Assembly (NCBI GenBank): GCA_964057225.1
Contig: OZ059897.1
Span: forward strand, 5,890,001 to 5,954,000
DNA: 64,000 nucleotides
Direction of reading: 5' to 3'
From: Auanema rhodensis
Lineage: Eukaryota > Animalia > Nematoda
Shown piece after piece: positions 14,406 through 28,057 of this stretch; the first letter of the stretch is position 1, and every line of letters begins with the position of its first letter. Below the pieces are notes generated by a model that was given only the letters and a program-made list of their open reading frames with translations, made no database searches and had not been told where the DNA came from. A program made the position numbers and the translations under genes.

Positions 14406-16415
14406 TAAAATTGAAAATGTTCATCTATTAAAATGTAAACTATACACTTAGGAAACTTTATTTTCTTTCTAGTTTTCTAACTTTTTGACTACCAGTTCTC
14501 AAAGAATTGTTCAGTTTCATATACCTGTGACTGCTTCATCATATACATACATATGAATCTATGTATATGAACTTATAATTTCAAGAGAAACTTTTTATAA
14601 AAGGAAAACAAATAAACAAAAACATTGAAAGTAAGATGTTTATAGAAAATAAAATGAAATATAACTCTCTCTCTCTATATATTATATTAGGTTATAATAT
14701 CAAATAACCATCATATAACTATGTGCTATGTGGCTGTCCTTGTCTCATTATTCTAAGACATACCCAATACTATCAAGGCATGACATCTTGATAAGATGGT
14801 CAAATCAAACGACTACCTTATAAGGATAGAAGTGCGGGGGGGGCTGGTGGTTGGTGATGGTTCTGTGGGTAATGAGAGAGAGAAAGAGAGAGAGAGGTTG
14901 GAAGGAACAAGATCGAGAGCAGAGTGAAGAAAAGGGAAGAACACACTATTCTCGACTATCATAATACGGATATTTGACGATGAAAGAGATATTTTCGAAG
15001 GCCGAATGGTATTGTCTTCGGCATAACTTACTGGTTACAAAGTGGAAAAATGGTGGCAGCCCTGAGATCAGAGTGTATTCAGATATGCGTGTATAGACGT
15101 TCTGAAGAGATTGAAAAAAAAAGAGCGAGAGAGAGAGAGAGAGAGAGAGAAGGAAAGTGAAAGAGAGAGAAATAGAGAAAGAGAGAGAGTGAGAGAAAGA
15201 ATGAAACAACATGAATATCTTCCTCTTCTCAAATAATAATTAAGCATTACTCTATTTTTTTTTCATAAACGTACATACATATGTATGACAAAAGCAAAAT
15301 TGGTGTATGTATGTATATTGATTACATTCATTAATAGAAAATCAGACTTGTAACTTAAATATTCATATCCATTTACTAGAAAAAACATGAGAAAAAACAA
15401 GATTGAAAAAAGAAGTTACAAATGTCTTTGTATGAATTACCATTTTGAAAAAGACATACAGATATGTATGAATGATCTTAAAATCTAAAGTTATTCACTA
15501 ATATTGATAAGGATATAACAAGAAATTAGATAAATGAAGAGATAATTGCAAAGAAAAATATAAAAAAAATTGAATTGGAACAGATATTTGTGATGAAGGT
15601 TTAAGAAAAACAAGAAATTTTTAGAAAGATCTCGTTTTTTCTTTAAAAGTACAGATAAAATATAATTAGAATGCACTACTCATTATAATAAGATAAGGAG
15701 AGGGGGAAGTAAAAAAAACAAAATATTGATCACGATTAATATCAAATGAGTTCCAAAACAGACAATAGAAAGTTAAAAGGGAATAAGGGCATTGAAAAGA
15801 AAGAGAGATAGAGAGAGAGAGAGAAAGGTTGATTGACGATGCGAGAGTAATAGATGATGCGAGGTAGGTTTCAGTCTCAGTTGTTTCCTTCACTGTTTTA
15901 GGAAAACTGATAAGAATAAAGAAGAAGTTAAATAAGAAGAAGAAGAAAAAAACGACGACGGCGATGATGATGATGACGATAGAAGAAGAAGAAGATGAAG
16001 AAGAGCAAGAAGGTGAGGACAATTGAATTTTGATGCTTAGCCCAATGTTACATCTTTTGAAGATTTAAAAAAACGATGATTAATTGAGGTTTCATTGGTA
16101 AAACTTGGGTTCATCATGATAAACGTGAAAAAAGAATATACAAGTTAATGATGATTCGTTGTAAATCAATAGATTAAAAAGGAATTTTTGAATATAATTA
16201 GTGAATATATGAATAAAAGCTGAAAATAAAATACTAAGCAATAATAATAAAATACAATAACATTTCAGAATTTCTAAGAGGTTATGTAAAGCATTAGGAG
16301 GGGCTAATTATGACGTGATCTAGTTGCTTAGACAAAGAACGAACACTGAGTAACTTGATTGTAAAACAATACAAGAAATGTTCATGAACCATATATTGCA
16401 AGAAGAGAAAGAGAA

Positions 16416-16448
<33 letters not shown>

Positions 16449-19400
16449 AAGAGAGAGAAATAGACTTCTTTAATAGTGAAAGAGACATTGAAAGAAGGTT
16501 TAATTTGTTCAAGAGTAAGCTGCAACTTCGTTGATATCGATATTGACTAAACAAGGATGTATTTCTTGGAGTACACTTGAAAATCATGACCAATATACGT
16601 GTATTTTCACAAAAAATTAGAACATTATTGTGTTCCGAAAACATAAAGTTAGACGATGAGAGAGAGGGGGAAAAGACACTTGAACGTAAAACAAAAAATA
16701 TTCGACGTGTTATGCGGCACATCAAAGAAACATACGGAAACACAAGTATATGGAAATAAGGCTGATGGTTCAATATCAAGGTAGTTTAGCAATGAATCTA
16801 TCAAAAAATTGGATTAATTAGTTTTGAAACAGATTTAAAAATATGTTCAGAGAACAATGGAAGTGGTCAAGAGCTGGTTTTTTCCCGACAACACGAATGA
16901 GACACAGCGAGATCTATCGGAGCAAGTTTATGAAGATGATGCTGGGGAGCGATGATGATATTAATGAAGAGTGTTGATGAAAAAATAATGAAAAAAGCAT
17001 ATAATTTATGATTTATGTATAACAATCAGTTAAAAATATACAAAATGAAATGATATATATGGTTTGATAGTTGCTAAAATCATATTTTCCTTTCATATAA
17101 TATGAAATATCAAAAATATTAAATTAACCATCAAATCTTATATATATATATATATATAAAACTATTATGTGAATCTATTTTATTTCTTTTAAAAACATAA
17201 AAATATAATTTTGACAAAAATTGAGAGAGGGAGAGGGAAACTAAGAAGGAGAGAGAGAGAGAGAGTGAGATGAATAAGAGTTCAGGTCATTCTTACAGCT
17301 CAATCGTATTTGAGTCGCGGATTAAAACTGAAACCCAAATAAGTGCATCAGAAAAGAAAAAGAAAAACGAAAGGACCAGACACATCTATAACCAAAAAAC
17401 AGAGTCGAACATGCTCTTGATTTAATTCTCAAATCTTCTTCTTTTCAGTTTTCTATTTTGTCTTTTCACTACAGATTACATTGAAGGAAAAAAAATGTCC
17501 GAAAGCAGTAGTGCTTCAATTGCTTTTGACTATCTGATTATACATATAGACATACATACATCTACATGACACAACTTTCTCAAATAAATGACAAGAAAGA
17601 TCTTATTTTAGAAAATTTTTAAAAAATTTCCGAATCTAACATGAAGAAATAAAAATATTTTATGAATATGGTATATAATACGTCATAAAATAAGAAATAG
17701 TCATAGAATAATAGAATAATTAGTAGATTATATGATAGAAAATAATAAAACAAAGGCAAAATTTGTCAAAAAAAACTCAATTTATCTGTATATATACATA
17801 GATATATATATTTTTTGATTATAAAATATATTAACAAGGTCAGATAAAGGTAGACGTGTTCAGGGATTAAACTAATAAAATTCTTGGGAAAATAGATTGG
17901 TATATAGATGCAATAAGACTTTTAAGATTTAAAAGAAAGTTGATGAGGAATGTATTGAAGATATGGTCAGAATTCGATAAAGAAATACATTTAAGTTGAT
18001 GAATCACAATAGAAATGATGAAGCTTAAATATGAAATAGAGAGTGGAAAGAGGAGAGGGGAGGAATGGGTGGAAGACTTTTGTTGATTTGTCATGAAAAA
18101 TGACTGAAAGATAAAGAATTAAAACAGAAAACTATGGAGAGTTTAATCAGAAATTATTCTAAAAAATACTTTGATATATTCAAGTTATGTACATTGAATA
18201 AACTTTCATAGCTTTAAAAGGTTTTAACTTAGAAAAACTGTAAAGTAATCGACCATTAAGTGATGAGCATTAAGACAAATAGTTAAAACTATAACTGAAT
18301 ATTTAATTTAATATAATTTATAAGAAAAACTACAAAACACAAAAGCATATAAAAGGTTAAAACATATGTATATAAACAGAAAAAGAAAATATAAAGTGTG
18401 GAAACAGAAAGAAAAAGAAAATCATGAAGATGATAATGAAGAAAAAGCTGTGAAGTCAAGTACATACTAGCGTTTTCGTTTTCAATATAAGAATTCAAAC
18501 AAGTAGTTGCTTTTTCTTATTCTCTTATTCTTTTTCTACAAACTGGCCAAAAAAAAAACAAAGCAAATAGCGAACTTTCACAATCTGACTTGACTTATTA
18601 TTCTGACAAATTGCCAGGTAATCTTTTTTTTTTCATTGATCTTTACCAATGATAACCAAGACAAGTTTGACTTCAAGCGATCAACTGTACAACATCATGT
18701 GTGAAAATCATCCAGTTTTTCAAATCAGAACGTTTAAAATAATGATAAATGGATGCTTGACCAGGATTAGCTTAGAAAAATAGCAAAAATCTTGTTATAT
18801 AAGGTAAGTATGAAGAGATTTGAAGAATAGTAAACTAATGCTAATATAAATAAAAATAAAGAAAACAGAAATAGTTTAAGTATATTTAACTATTTCATAT
18901 AATCAAGACCAGTATGTGCGGAGGAGTAAAACCGTTCAATGGGCAGATTCCATTTAATGATTTGAATTTGAATTGGAAAAAGAAGAAGAAGAACATGATG
19001 ACGATTCTCGATAAAAGATAATTTTAAATATTACGAGAAATTCGAAAAATATAAGAAAAAACAGGAAAAAGGTGATAAGAGAGAGAGAGAGAAAAACACA
19101 CAAAATATAAAACAAGAAGAACAACCGTTCGTTCAAATTCATATGACGGAAATGAAATACTATATCACGTGGGATTACCGAATCTACGTGAGTTTATAAG
19201 TGAGTTTTTAAGTTCCAGAAGCAACTTATACAACTTATTCGCTGAAATAAGTTGATGAGGAATGAGTGAACACAGCAATATTATGAAAACCTTTTCATAA
19301 ACTATAGCTATATCCCTTTTTTTCTGTATTTTTTGTTATAATTAGTAAATAACTTGAAAATACTAAAATCAGAAGAAAATTTGTATTAGTGATTTTGATA

Positions 19401-20023
19401 GATTTATACATATTAGGGTAAGCCATTATTACCTATGCTAGTTTTGGTGACCTAAAAAATAAATAACATAACTAGTTAGTATGAACAAAGCAGTTTTCAT
19501 TCGAAATTAAAACGGATTTATAGAAGAATAAAGAAGTAACATCAACTTGTACAAAAAACAGGCTTACTTCCTATTTTAGTAGAAAAAGTGAGAAGAAGAT
19601 GAAGTAGAAGATGACATAAATCCGCAAATTTACTAAAAAAAATAATGAAAAATCAAAAGAAAAGAGTTAAATACTTGTAACATTAAAACAGAATTTGTGT
19701 TGAAAAAATGCGATAAGTATAGAATGGATTAAGAATTTCAAATCAAGGACAATCTTGGATTAACCCAAGTGTTACATTGAATGTCATTTTCATTTTTTTG
19801 TTGTTAAAAAAGGACAAAAAAACTATTGAATCATAGTTAAACTATAGTTAAAATAATTAAATTTAAAAATAATTTTCAAAGGAGAAAAAAATAAAAAGGA
19901 GAATAATGATGTTAAAGCAATTACATTAATCTGAAAACTGAAAAATTCAAGAATTTAACCAATAGTTTAGCAGTCTCTCTATAAATCAACAAAAAGTGGA
20001 AGGTCAAGCAGTTTAAGACTTAC

Positions 20024-20034
20024 ATGGCAATCAT
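20024..20034 (-). CDS. Possible alternative first coding micro-exon C (Met-Ile-Ala-Ile)
   Basis: accATG ATT GCC AT|GTAAGT: perfect donor, phase 2, in frame with exon 2818-2911. A TTTTCAG lies about 185 nt upstream, but there are ATGs in between. Confidence 0.4.
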
Positions 20035-20707
20035 GGTCAAGTTGTTTTTAAAGTTGTTAAGTTTCTAAGTTTTAGAAATGATTTGTACATGTGAACAGTG
20101 ATGTGTTCAATATGGGTTGAAGAAAAAAGGAAATCAGCATGTTCTAATGGATATCTCTTCCTCATTCTTTGAGGGTCATATACAATTAAACGGAAATCAT
20201 TAATCTTAGAATGGAAATACTGAAAAGATGATGTGCAGTTAAAGTCAGCAGGAGATTCTTCAGTGAACGTGTCGAATTTTACGTGAGCCAGACTGATTGG
20301 GTGTGGAAGAGAAAGAATTGTCAATAGCGTACGGTTCAGAATTTCTAAAATTCTCTTAGATTTGCCTTCTATTTTACTTTTTTTTTGATTCATTTTTTCC
20401 TTTTTACTTTTCGACTTCTATGTACAACTCTTCATAGTCATCGTCTTCTTCTATTCCGTTGTCGTTCGTCTACCTCAATCATCTCTCGGTCATTCATTTA
20501 TGAATAGAATAGTCGTATGGAGATTTTAAAGAACAGTCAAGGGTTTTCAATAATAGGAATATGTGAAAACGAAAAAGATGAGTACGAGACTGTACAGGAT
20601 TCTACAAGCTACATATACACTCAGTAGAATGAAAGTCAGATAGATATATAGAATGTGAAAAGATATAAGTATAGAGAGATAAACAGAGAGATAAAGAGAG
20701 AGAACGT

Positions 20708-20711
<4 letters not shown>

Positions 20712-20760
<49 letters not shown>
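20712..20760. repeat. (AG)n microsatellite
   Basis: About 24 perfect units, facing a (CT)n tract at 20915-20953. Confidence 0.95.
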
Positions 20761-20769
<9 letters not shown>

Positions 20770-20914
20770 TGTAATTTTATACTTTTCATATTAAACATGA
20801 AAAATAATCATGTAAACAACAAGGAGTTGGTTCTGAACTCTCAGTTGCTTCTCTCTACCTCCCATCTCATCTCTCACCTTGTTGCTGACTTTATCTCTCT
20901 TGCTCCCTTTATCG

Positions 20915-20953
<39 letters not shown>

Positions 20954-23900
20954 GTTTTCTATCATCTTTACCATCCTCATTCCATATGTCAACCTTTCGC
21001 TTTAGACTTTCGTGTAGAATCTGATCGAGACTTCACAGCAATCTGTTTCTCTCTGAGTTTCAAATCCTCTCTCAAATTCTGGTCATTCATTTCTATTGAA
21101 CCCTAACTATCCGATTTTATAAACCTTATTCTATTCTTTGTTCTGATATTTCTAGATTGTCATTCAAATTAAGAATGAAAATATACGTTTCTCTATTTGC
21201 TTCTCATCTTAATGACACAAATTGCAAATTGTTCTAAAGCCCCATAGCAAATGAGAAAAAAACTATTTTTTCAATAAATACAAAGGGGAAGAACTAGAAT
21301 GATTACATAATAAGATAAGTAATTAGAAAAAATATTAATCATATATGTAAAAAGTACAAAATATTGTAAGATAATAGTTAAATTTTAAAGAAAAGAGGAC
21401 AAGTAGAGGGTAAAAAAATAAGAAAGTTCCGTATATTATCATGATTATATATATTATTATTATTATTATTTTATAAAATAATAAAATGAGGTCAATAATC
21501 TATAAAAAGTGAGAGAAAAGAGAGGGAAAGAGAGCATGACACTTAATTCTCAAATTCAATTTTTGTTTGAAATATTTGTTTATTGAAAGTCCTTAGTTAA
21601 TAATTATTAAAAACTAATATTATATTGAAAATCAATATTATGAAAGAATAAATGGTTTTGATTTATTCTGATATTTCTAAGAATGAACGAGAACTGTTTT
21701 CAGGAAGCTTCACTCTTCTAAGTATTTGGAAGAAGTTTTCTATAGAATGCCTTTTCTCATGTCAATCCTAATGTTGTTGAGTGTCAAAAGTGGAAATGGA
21801 CTTAAGCATTTCGAGAAAAGCGAGTTAGAAAACTGGGTTTTACTCATTTCTCGCTACAGCATATTCTATGGAACAGGTCATTGAAGTTAGGAAATGGCAC
21901 ATCGACGGAGGTTTTAGAAAACAACAGAACGAAACTAGAAGAGAAAGATGGAGAAAAAGAGAAAAAGAAAGAGGTTAGGGGGGGGAGGTGGTAACGATGA
22001 CAACATGTTCAAAAGAAGAAGCTCTTATACATGTCATAGTAAAGTTGTCAATGTAGTAATCAATGTGATATTAATATAAAAAATGATGATGATGATGATA
22101 TTAGAAACTACAGAGTTATTCTGGAAAATGTAATTCAATGACAATATAGAAGACATTTTTGATGAAAAGAAAGATTTTTGTGCAAATAAGAAATACATAT
22201 AAGAGGACGGAATGGTCAGCTGTATTCAGACCTTGAACATTAGGTCATAAAAGTATGATGAAAAGAATATAAGTACTTAACGAAATAAAAAAAAATTGCG
22301 AAGTAGCGGTAGTGGAATTTTGAAAAAAAATCTTTTTTTCTTAACTACTGTACTTCACAAATACTAGGTTTCCAGTATAATCAAATGATACCCTAGAAAT
22401 GAATCGTTTTCTCTCATCTTCTGAAGGACTTCGAAGTAGAATGAGTTGAAAATGACTATATGGTCACGTAAAGAAAGTCTCAGATATATAAGTGTTGTTA
22501 CATTATTCATAAAATCTTCCAAAAAAAAAAAGAGAAATCTGGTTGATCAAACTCAGAAAATACGGTGTAGATATGTGAGTATAGGAGAATCAGTAGTCCG
22601 AGCTGAAGCAATGTATAGGCTTCATTCGATGTTTTTGTTGACGAAGTTGCCAACCTACTTCAGATATACAGTAGGCATCTGGTTTGTATTACAGTTGAGA
22701 TGAGATTTTCTCGATAGATCTCTGTGCTAAAACGGAAATATGAAGAATTTTTATTTCTTCTACTTGTAAACATACTAAAGATGAGAAATTTCCAAAAGAA
22801 TAAGCTATAAAAGGCCGAGTCAAACGAGAAATTTCAGTGGAAATCGGATGAATCTGACGTCTCAATCGGTGTCTGCACGATAACTATCTATGTATATATG
22901 TATATCGAGCGATAGACCTAATATGATTGGAACGATGAAAACAAAACAAAAAGCAAAAACATTAACTTCCTATGGATTTACGAAATTCTTTTTAAATTTT
23001 CTTCATATAAATATATTTATAATATATAATTAAGAATAAAAAAATATATCTTACATACATATGCTTGATGACGAAAGAAATGTTCATTCTTTGCTTTTCA
23101 AAATAATAAAATAATTAAAAAGACTGACTGTAGAGCTAGTTATAATAGTGAAAACTATAAACATCATCAAATTTATATAATAAACTTAAAAAATAATAAA
23201 AATATATATAATTTGATGTTGATTGGCAATATATATATATATTATGTATTTCCTAATATATAATCAATATATTTCAATAAAAGGACAATCATCTGCATTC
23301 AAAAAAAAGAAGAAGAAGAAAAGAAAGATGACACAATCTTTTTAAAAATAATGTATGCCCTGTTGATGATGGCCACGAGGACGGGGGAAAACGACGATGT
23401 CAACGACGACGACGTTATCCACGATGAAGACCATGTCAACGGCGTCAGATTCTAATGATGATGATGATGACGGTCCACTGTGGATAATAGTGTCTGTCTC
23501 TTGTCCATTTAATTAGATTTAATCAGTCAATTTTTCGATTTGACCTCTTGGTTTTCTTGTTTCTTTGCGACAATCACACATTTTAATTTCTTTTTTTTCG
23601 CTATGGCTATGTCAATCTTTTGAGTCAAAAGGAAATAATAATCAAAATTAAAAAGATAATTATATAGAAAAGAACGAAAATAAAAATAAGTTTGAAGGAA
23701 TAAACTTAAAGATCTTGGTCTATGAAAGCTTAGAGAAGGATATAACCAGAACTCTGATGTTTCTTCTGCTGAAACTTGCATTATTTTTAAACTTTAAGAG
23801 ATTGATTAGAAAAAAAATAGTTTTGAATGAAGAAAAACTGGTAGAAAAAGCATAAAAATGAGGAGGAAGAGTAGAAAAACTTTACAAATCAGATCTAGTT

Positions 23901-26221
23901 TAAAGCTTTTTATGGTAAAACTACATAACATTCATAGATATACATATGTTTGGTTTAATGGATAATGTTCACAAGTTTTCTAACAAATCCTTCTGGAATA
24001 TGTTGTTGAAACGGTGTAACGGTTAAGAATCTGAAGAATTTCCAAAAATAAATTCTGAATAGGTGTGTGTGTGTGTGTGTTGAACATCGTCGTCGTCATC
24101 ATCATCATCACACTTCCTTTGATCCTTTAATAGAATATAAGTAGCGTTGTAAAAGATGGCCATGAGACTTATGAGGAGAAGACTACTTTAGTGGATAAAA
24201 AAAATTTTTTTTACTTCTGAAACGCATAGTCAACAAGCAGGAAATGGCTTGAGATAGTTTATTGCTTATTACGGTAATTTCCATAGATTATTGAGATAAT
24301 AGATTTGGAGAGAGAATCTCTTAACTACAGTTTTCATTATTCAATAATGATAATGTTAGTTAATATAAGAAACAATGAATAATAGAAAGAAGAAGAGAGG
24401 AGAAAAACAACATAATGTGGAAAAAAAACAAGTTTTTTATGCTTTTCATCATTAATATAGATCATATAGTTATGAAAGGGGAGAGGAAGGATAGTAAACC
24501 AGAGAGAGAGAGAGAGAGAGAGAGACATCATCTTATAGTTTTAACATTTCTTCAATATTGTGGTTCAAAAGTACAAGAACTAAAGGTTAAATATGTATGT
24601 ATATAACTCTCCTTTCATTCAAATGGCAAAAATATATTTTTAATGAAATTTCAATCAAATCAAATCGAATCAAATTAATTTTATAATCAAATAAATATGT
24701 AAATATAACTTTACATTTACATCTACATATGAGTAAAATAAAATATAAAATAGAATTCTACGGAAAAGAAAAACCAGAATATTACCATTTGAAGACAAAA
24801 AGTTAATGTTTTCTTTCAATGGATCAAAGACAAAGAAGCATGATTACAGAACTTTTAATGGTTTGAAAATGACTGTTCAGAATCAGATGATGGACGATTT
24901 CAAGGAAAATGGTTTTTTTTTTCCTGATGGTGGATGTTGCTTGCAACAGCTGGTGATAATACATATTAACGGTTTCGGGAAAAATGGCTGAAGCCTTGTT
25001 TATGCTGAAAAGTGACCGGTAGAATTCTGCCTTGCGAGGGGATTAGTTAACGGAAGAAGTGGAACGAAGTGTGAGAATGCAAATAGAGAAATGAACAAGA
25101 AATAACGACAGATACATGGAAAGAGTCATTAGCTACATAACACAGTTCTTCCTTCCTTTATTCATTACTAAACAACATAGACGATGAAACATGGAAGTGC
25201 ATAAGGTCGGTGTATGAAGAACGAACACACATGTGCTAGTGACGGTGAAGCACCTACGGAATCTTGTAAGATGTCATACAGACATAGACAATCTGAATAC
25301 GACATCAGACAATGTCACTACAGGTGTTGAAGTGAGGTGCAGCCCTCGTCGGACAGTTGAAGAGCAGCAGCACCAGACAGCAGACATCTAAGCTCATAAT
25401 GGTTTCATGTTTCGTCTTTGCAAATCATACAAGCTTGGTGTTCAAAAGATACAGAATGAGATTTACGATGGGATTGAGGCAATTATAATACAAGAAGATG
25501 ATTAGACGTACTAGATAATAGGACACGATTTTATGAAAATATGTTCTTGCTGCTTGTTTCACTTCATAACTACACAACTATGTTGTTAAGAAATATTCGG
25601 ATATTCATGTGTTTTTATATTATTTAGTTCATTTATGAAATCTCAGATAATTTTTTTAAAAATATTCAAAACAATTAAAAACAGTTGAAATAGAAAATAC
25701 AATTGAAAATGAGTTACATGTTGATATTGACTACTTAGCTGGTAGCTGAATTGGAACAATCAGAGGATTAATCCAAAGGAAGTAAAAGGAAAATCATAAA
25801 CTTTGCAAGATTATGATGATGTGACGACGATAAAGTATGACGACGTCCCGGATAATAATGATGATGATTCTGAGGTGGAAGACAAAAGGAGGCCAAATAT
25901 GAGTGAAAGTGGAGAAAACTATAAGATCTCTTCTCGAGAAAAGCAAACTATTTGAAAAATAGAAGCCATGGAAAAGGATACATACATATCTACATATATT
26001 CACATACTATATCTATCTATCTATCGATGTCTCTATGATTCTGATGCTCCACAATGATTCGGAGTACCGATAACCTCTATATATGAATCAGAATTATGAA
26101 ATGCCATAAGATATGAGACAATCTATTCTGAAAACTACAACGTCTATCTCACTTTCTTTTCTTCTTTTTCTCTAAATCTCCGTTATATTTCTCATATATA
26201 AGCATGTATTACCATATAACT

Positions 26222-26225
<4 letters not shown>

Positions 26226-26268
<43 letters not shown>
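26226..26268. repeat. (CT)n microsatellite
   Basis: About 21 perfect units. Confidence 0.95.
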
Positions 26269-26275
<7 letters not shown>

Positions 26276-28057
26276 TCCTTTCTCTCTCTTTTTATCTTGT
26301 AATCTTTCTTTATATCTTCTCTATCAAAGCATTTCCTTACTTTCCCTCTTCATCAACTTCAAACCGGTTGAAGATTCTACATCAATAAAAATTATGTTCA
26401 CATTGACAGGAATACATAGATTCAACCAAGCTATTAGGTAAAATATTTCAAAAAATGAATTTTTCATCAAAACTACTTTTGAATAATGACTTGAACTTTC
26501 TTTGAACTTTGCAGAGAATTCGTTAATAGTCTCAAAATTTTAAAGTTCAAGGAAAAAAAGAAAAACTTAAATTGTATTTTCGACCATTTAGAAAGATTTG
26601 TTCATCAAAACTGGGTTGTTGTATTTAGACGTGAAAGAGCAAGAAGAAATCATTCGACTTGATCGGAAGCTGGAAAGAACAAACAAAAACAAAGGACGGC
26701 AAGGACAAGCATCTTGACAACTGTTCATCCTCCTACCTCATCGGCAAAAATCTCTGATGCCTTGCAGAAAAAGAAGAAGAAGAAGATCATGAAACAAATT
26801 TTTGCTTATAGCAATTGAAAGATGAATGAAGCAACTCATAATTCAAGGAGGAATGTGCTGATATTTCGAACTTTAGAATGAAATCCGATGAATAAATTAT
26901 AAATTGGATGATAATAGTGAAGAATATATGATATTATATAATAAATTAATTAACAAAAACAGCATTTCTTATAGACAAATCTGATTAACACTTAGATTTT
27001 GACATCATTACGAGCATATTCTGTTAATTTCGATTTAGTTAAGTTAAGACAAAAATTTAAAAAGTTAAGAATTTGAATCAAATATAGTTCGAATATACAA
27101 CTCATTTCAATTAATGTATTAAGAAAGTGAAACAGAAATATTAAAAAACAGTTAATGACCGGTGGATGCTACAGCAGCTGATAATACTTTGAGCTTAAAA
27201 ATCTATTAGCCTAGACTTGCCTCCTCTGCATTCCTCTGTGCCTACTCGTCTTTCTCCTATCTCATCTGATCGTCATCCGCTCCGGCTTTACCTCATCATA
27301 CGATTCCCTTCATTCCAGTCTGATGAAGGTGTTGGAGATAGTTAGATAGTTAGATATATGAAGCTAACATGAATATGATAGTATAAAGTCTTGTACATTT
27401 GTCATTTGTCATCAGAATAGATTGTATAGATACAACAAACTATCCTCAAATTATTTTTTTTTTGAATTTTAAAATAAATTAAAATATAAAGAAATATTTT
27501 AATTATTTTAATTTGATTGTTAATATGATTATTCTCTGTCTTTCATCTATCCATGAAAACGTTTTTTTACGGAAAATGATGTAAACCTTTGTTCTTTTCT
27601 TTATTTCAATTCGCTGAAATAAGCAAAGCGTAACGTATTTAGAAATTTTCTTACAGAAAAAAAAAGATATATGTTTATGTGAAGAAAGATAGAGAGAAAT
27701 AGAAAGAGAGAGAGGGGGTGAAAGAGAGAGAGAGAGATAGTTATGAAGAGAGAAAAAATAATATGAAGAGAGAGAAAGATAAGAAGGAAGTTCCATAGAA
27801 TATACTTTCATACTATAACCAAATTAATTTATTTCCTAATGGATTATAGTCGGTTCAAGATTTGAAGTAATTATTATCTTTCAAACATAAAGGTTTATTC
27901 AGAACATTTTTTATTATTCAAAAGTGATCAATCTCAAACAATGTTTTGGGTATTTTTATAATTTTTATTTGAGATAAAGAACAATTTAACTAGAAAGACA
28001 TTTATTTTTAAAAAATCTATGTTTTCATTAGAAGTTATTATCAGAATGCTATTTGAT

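Noticed and set aside
20037-20393. 118-aa minus ORF
   Set aside because: No recognisable motif; it stops just before the candidate micro-exon ATG and is more likely leader or promoter sequence.
22603-22663. 61-nt imperfect hairpin on minus (CTGAAGTAGG...TTGCTTCAG), possible pre-miRNA
   Set aside because: Several bulges, no basal stem and no known seed recognised; needs small-RNA data.
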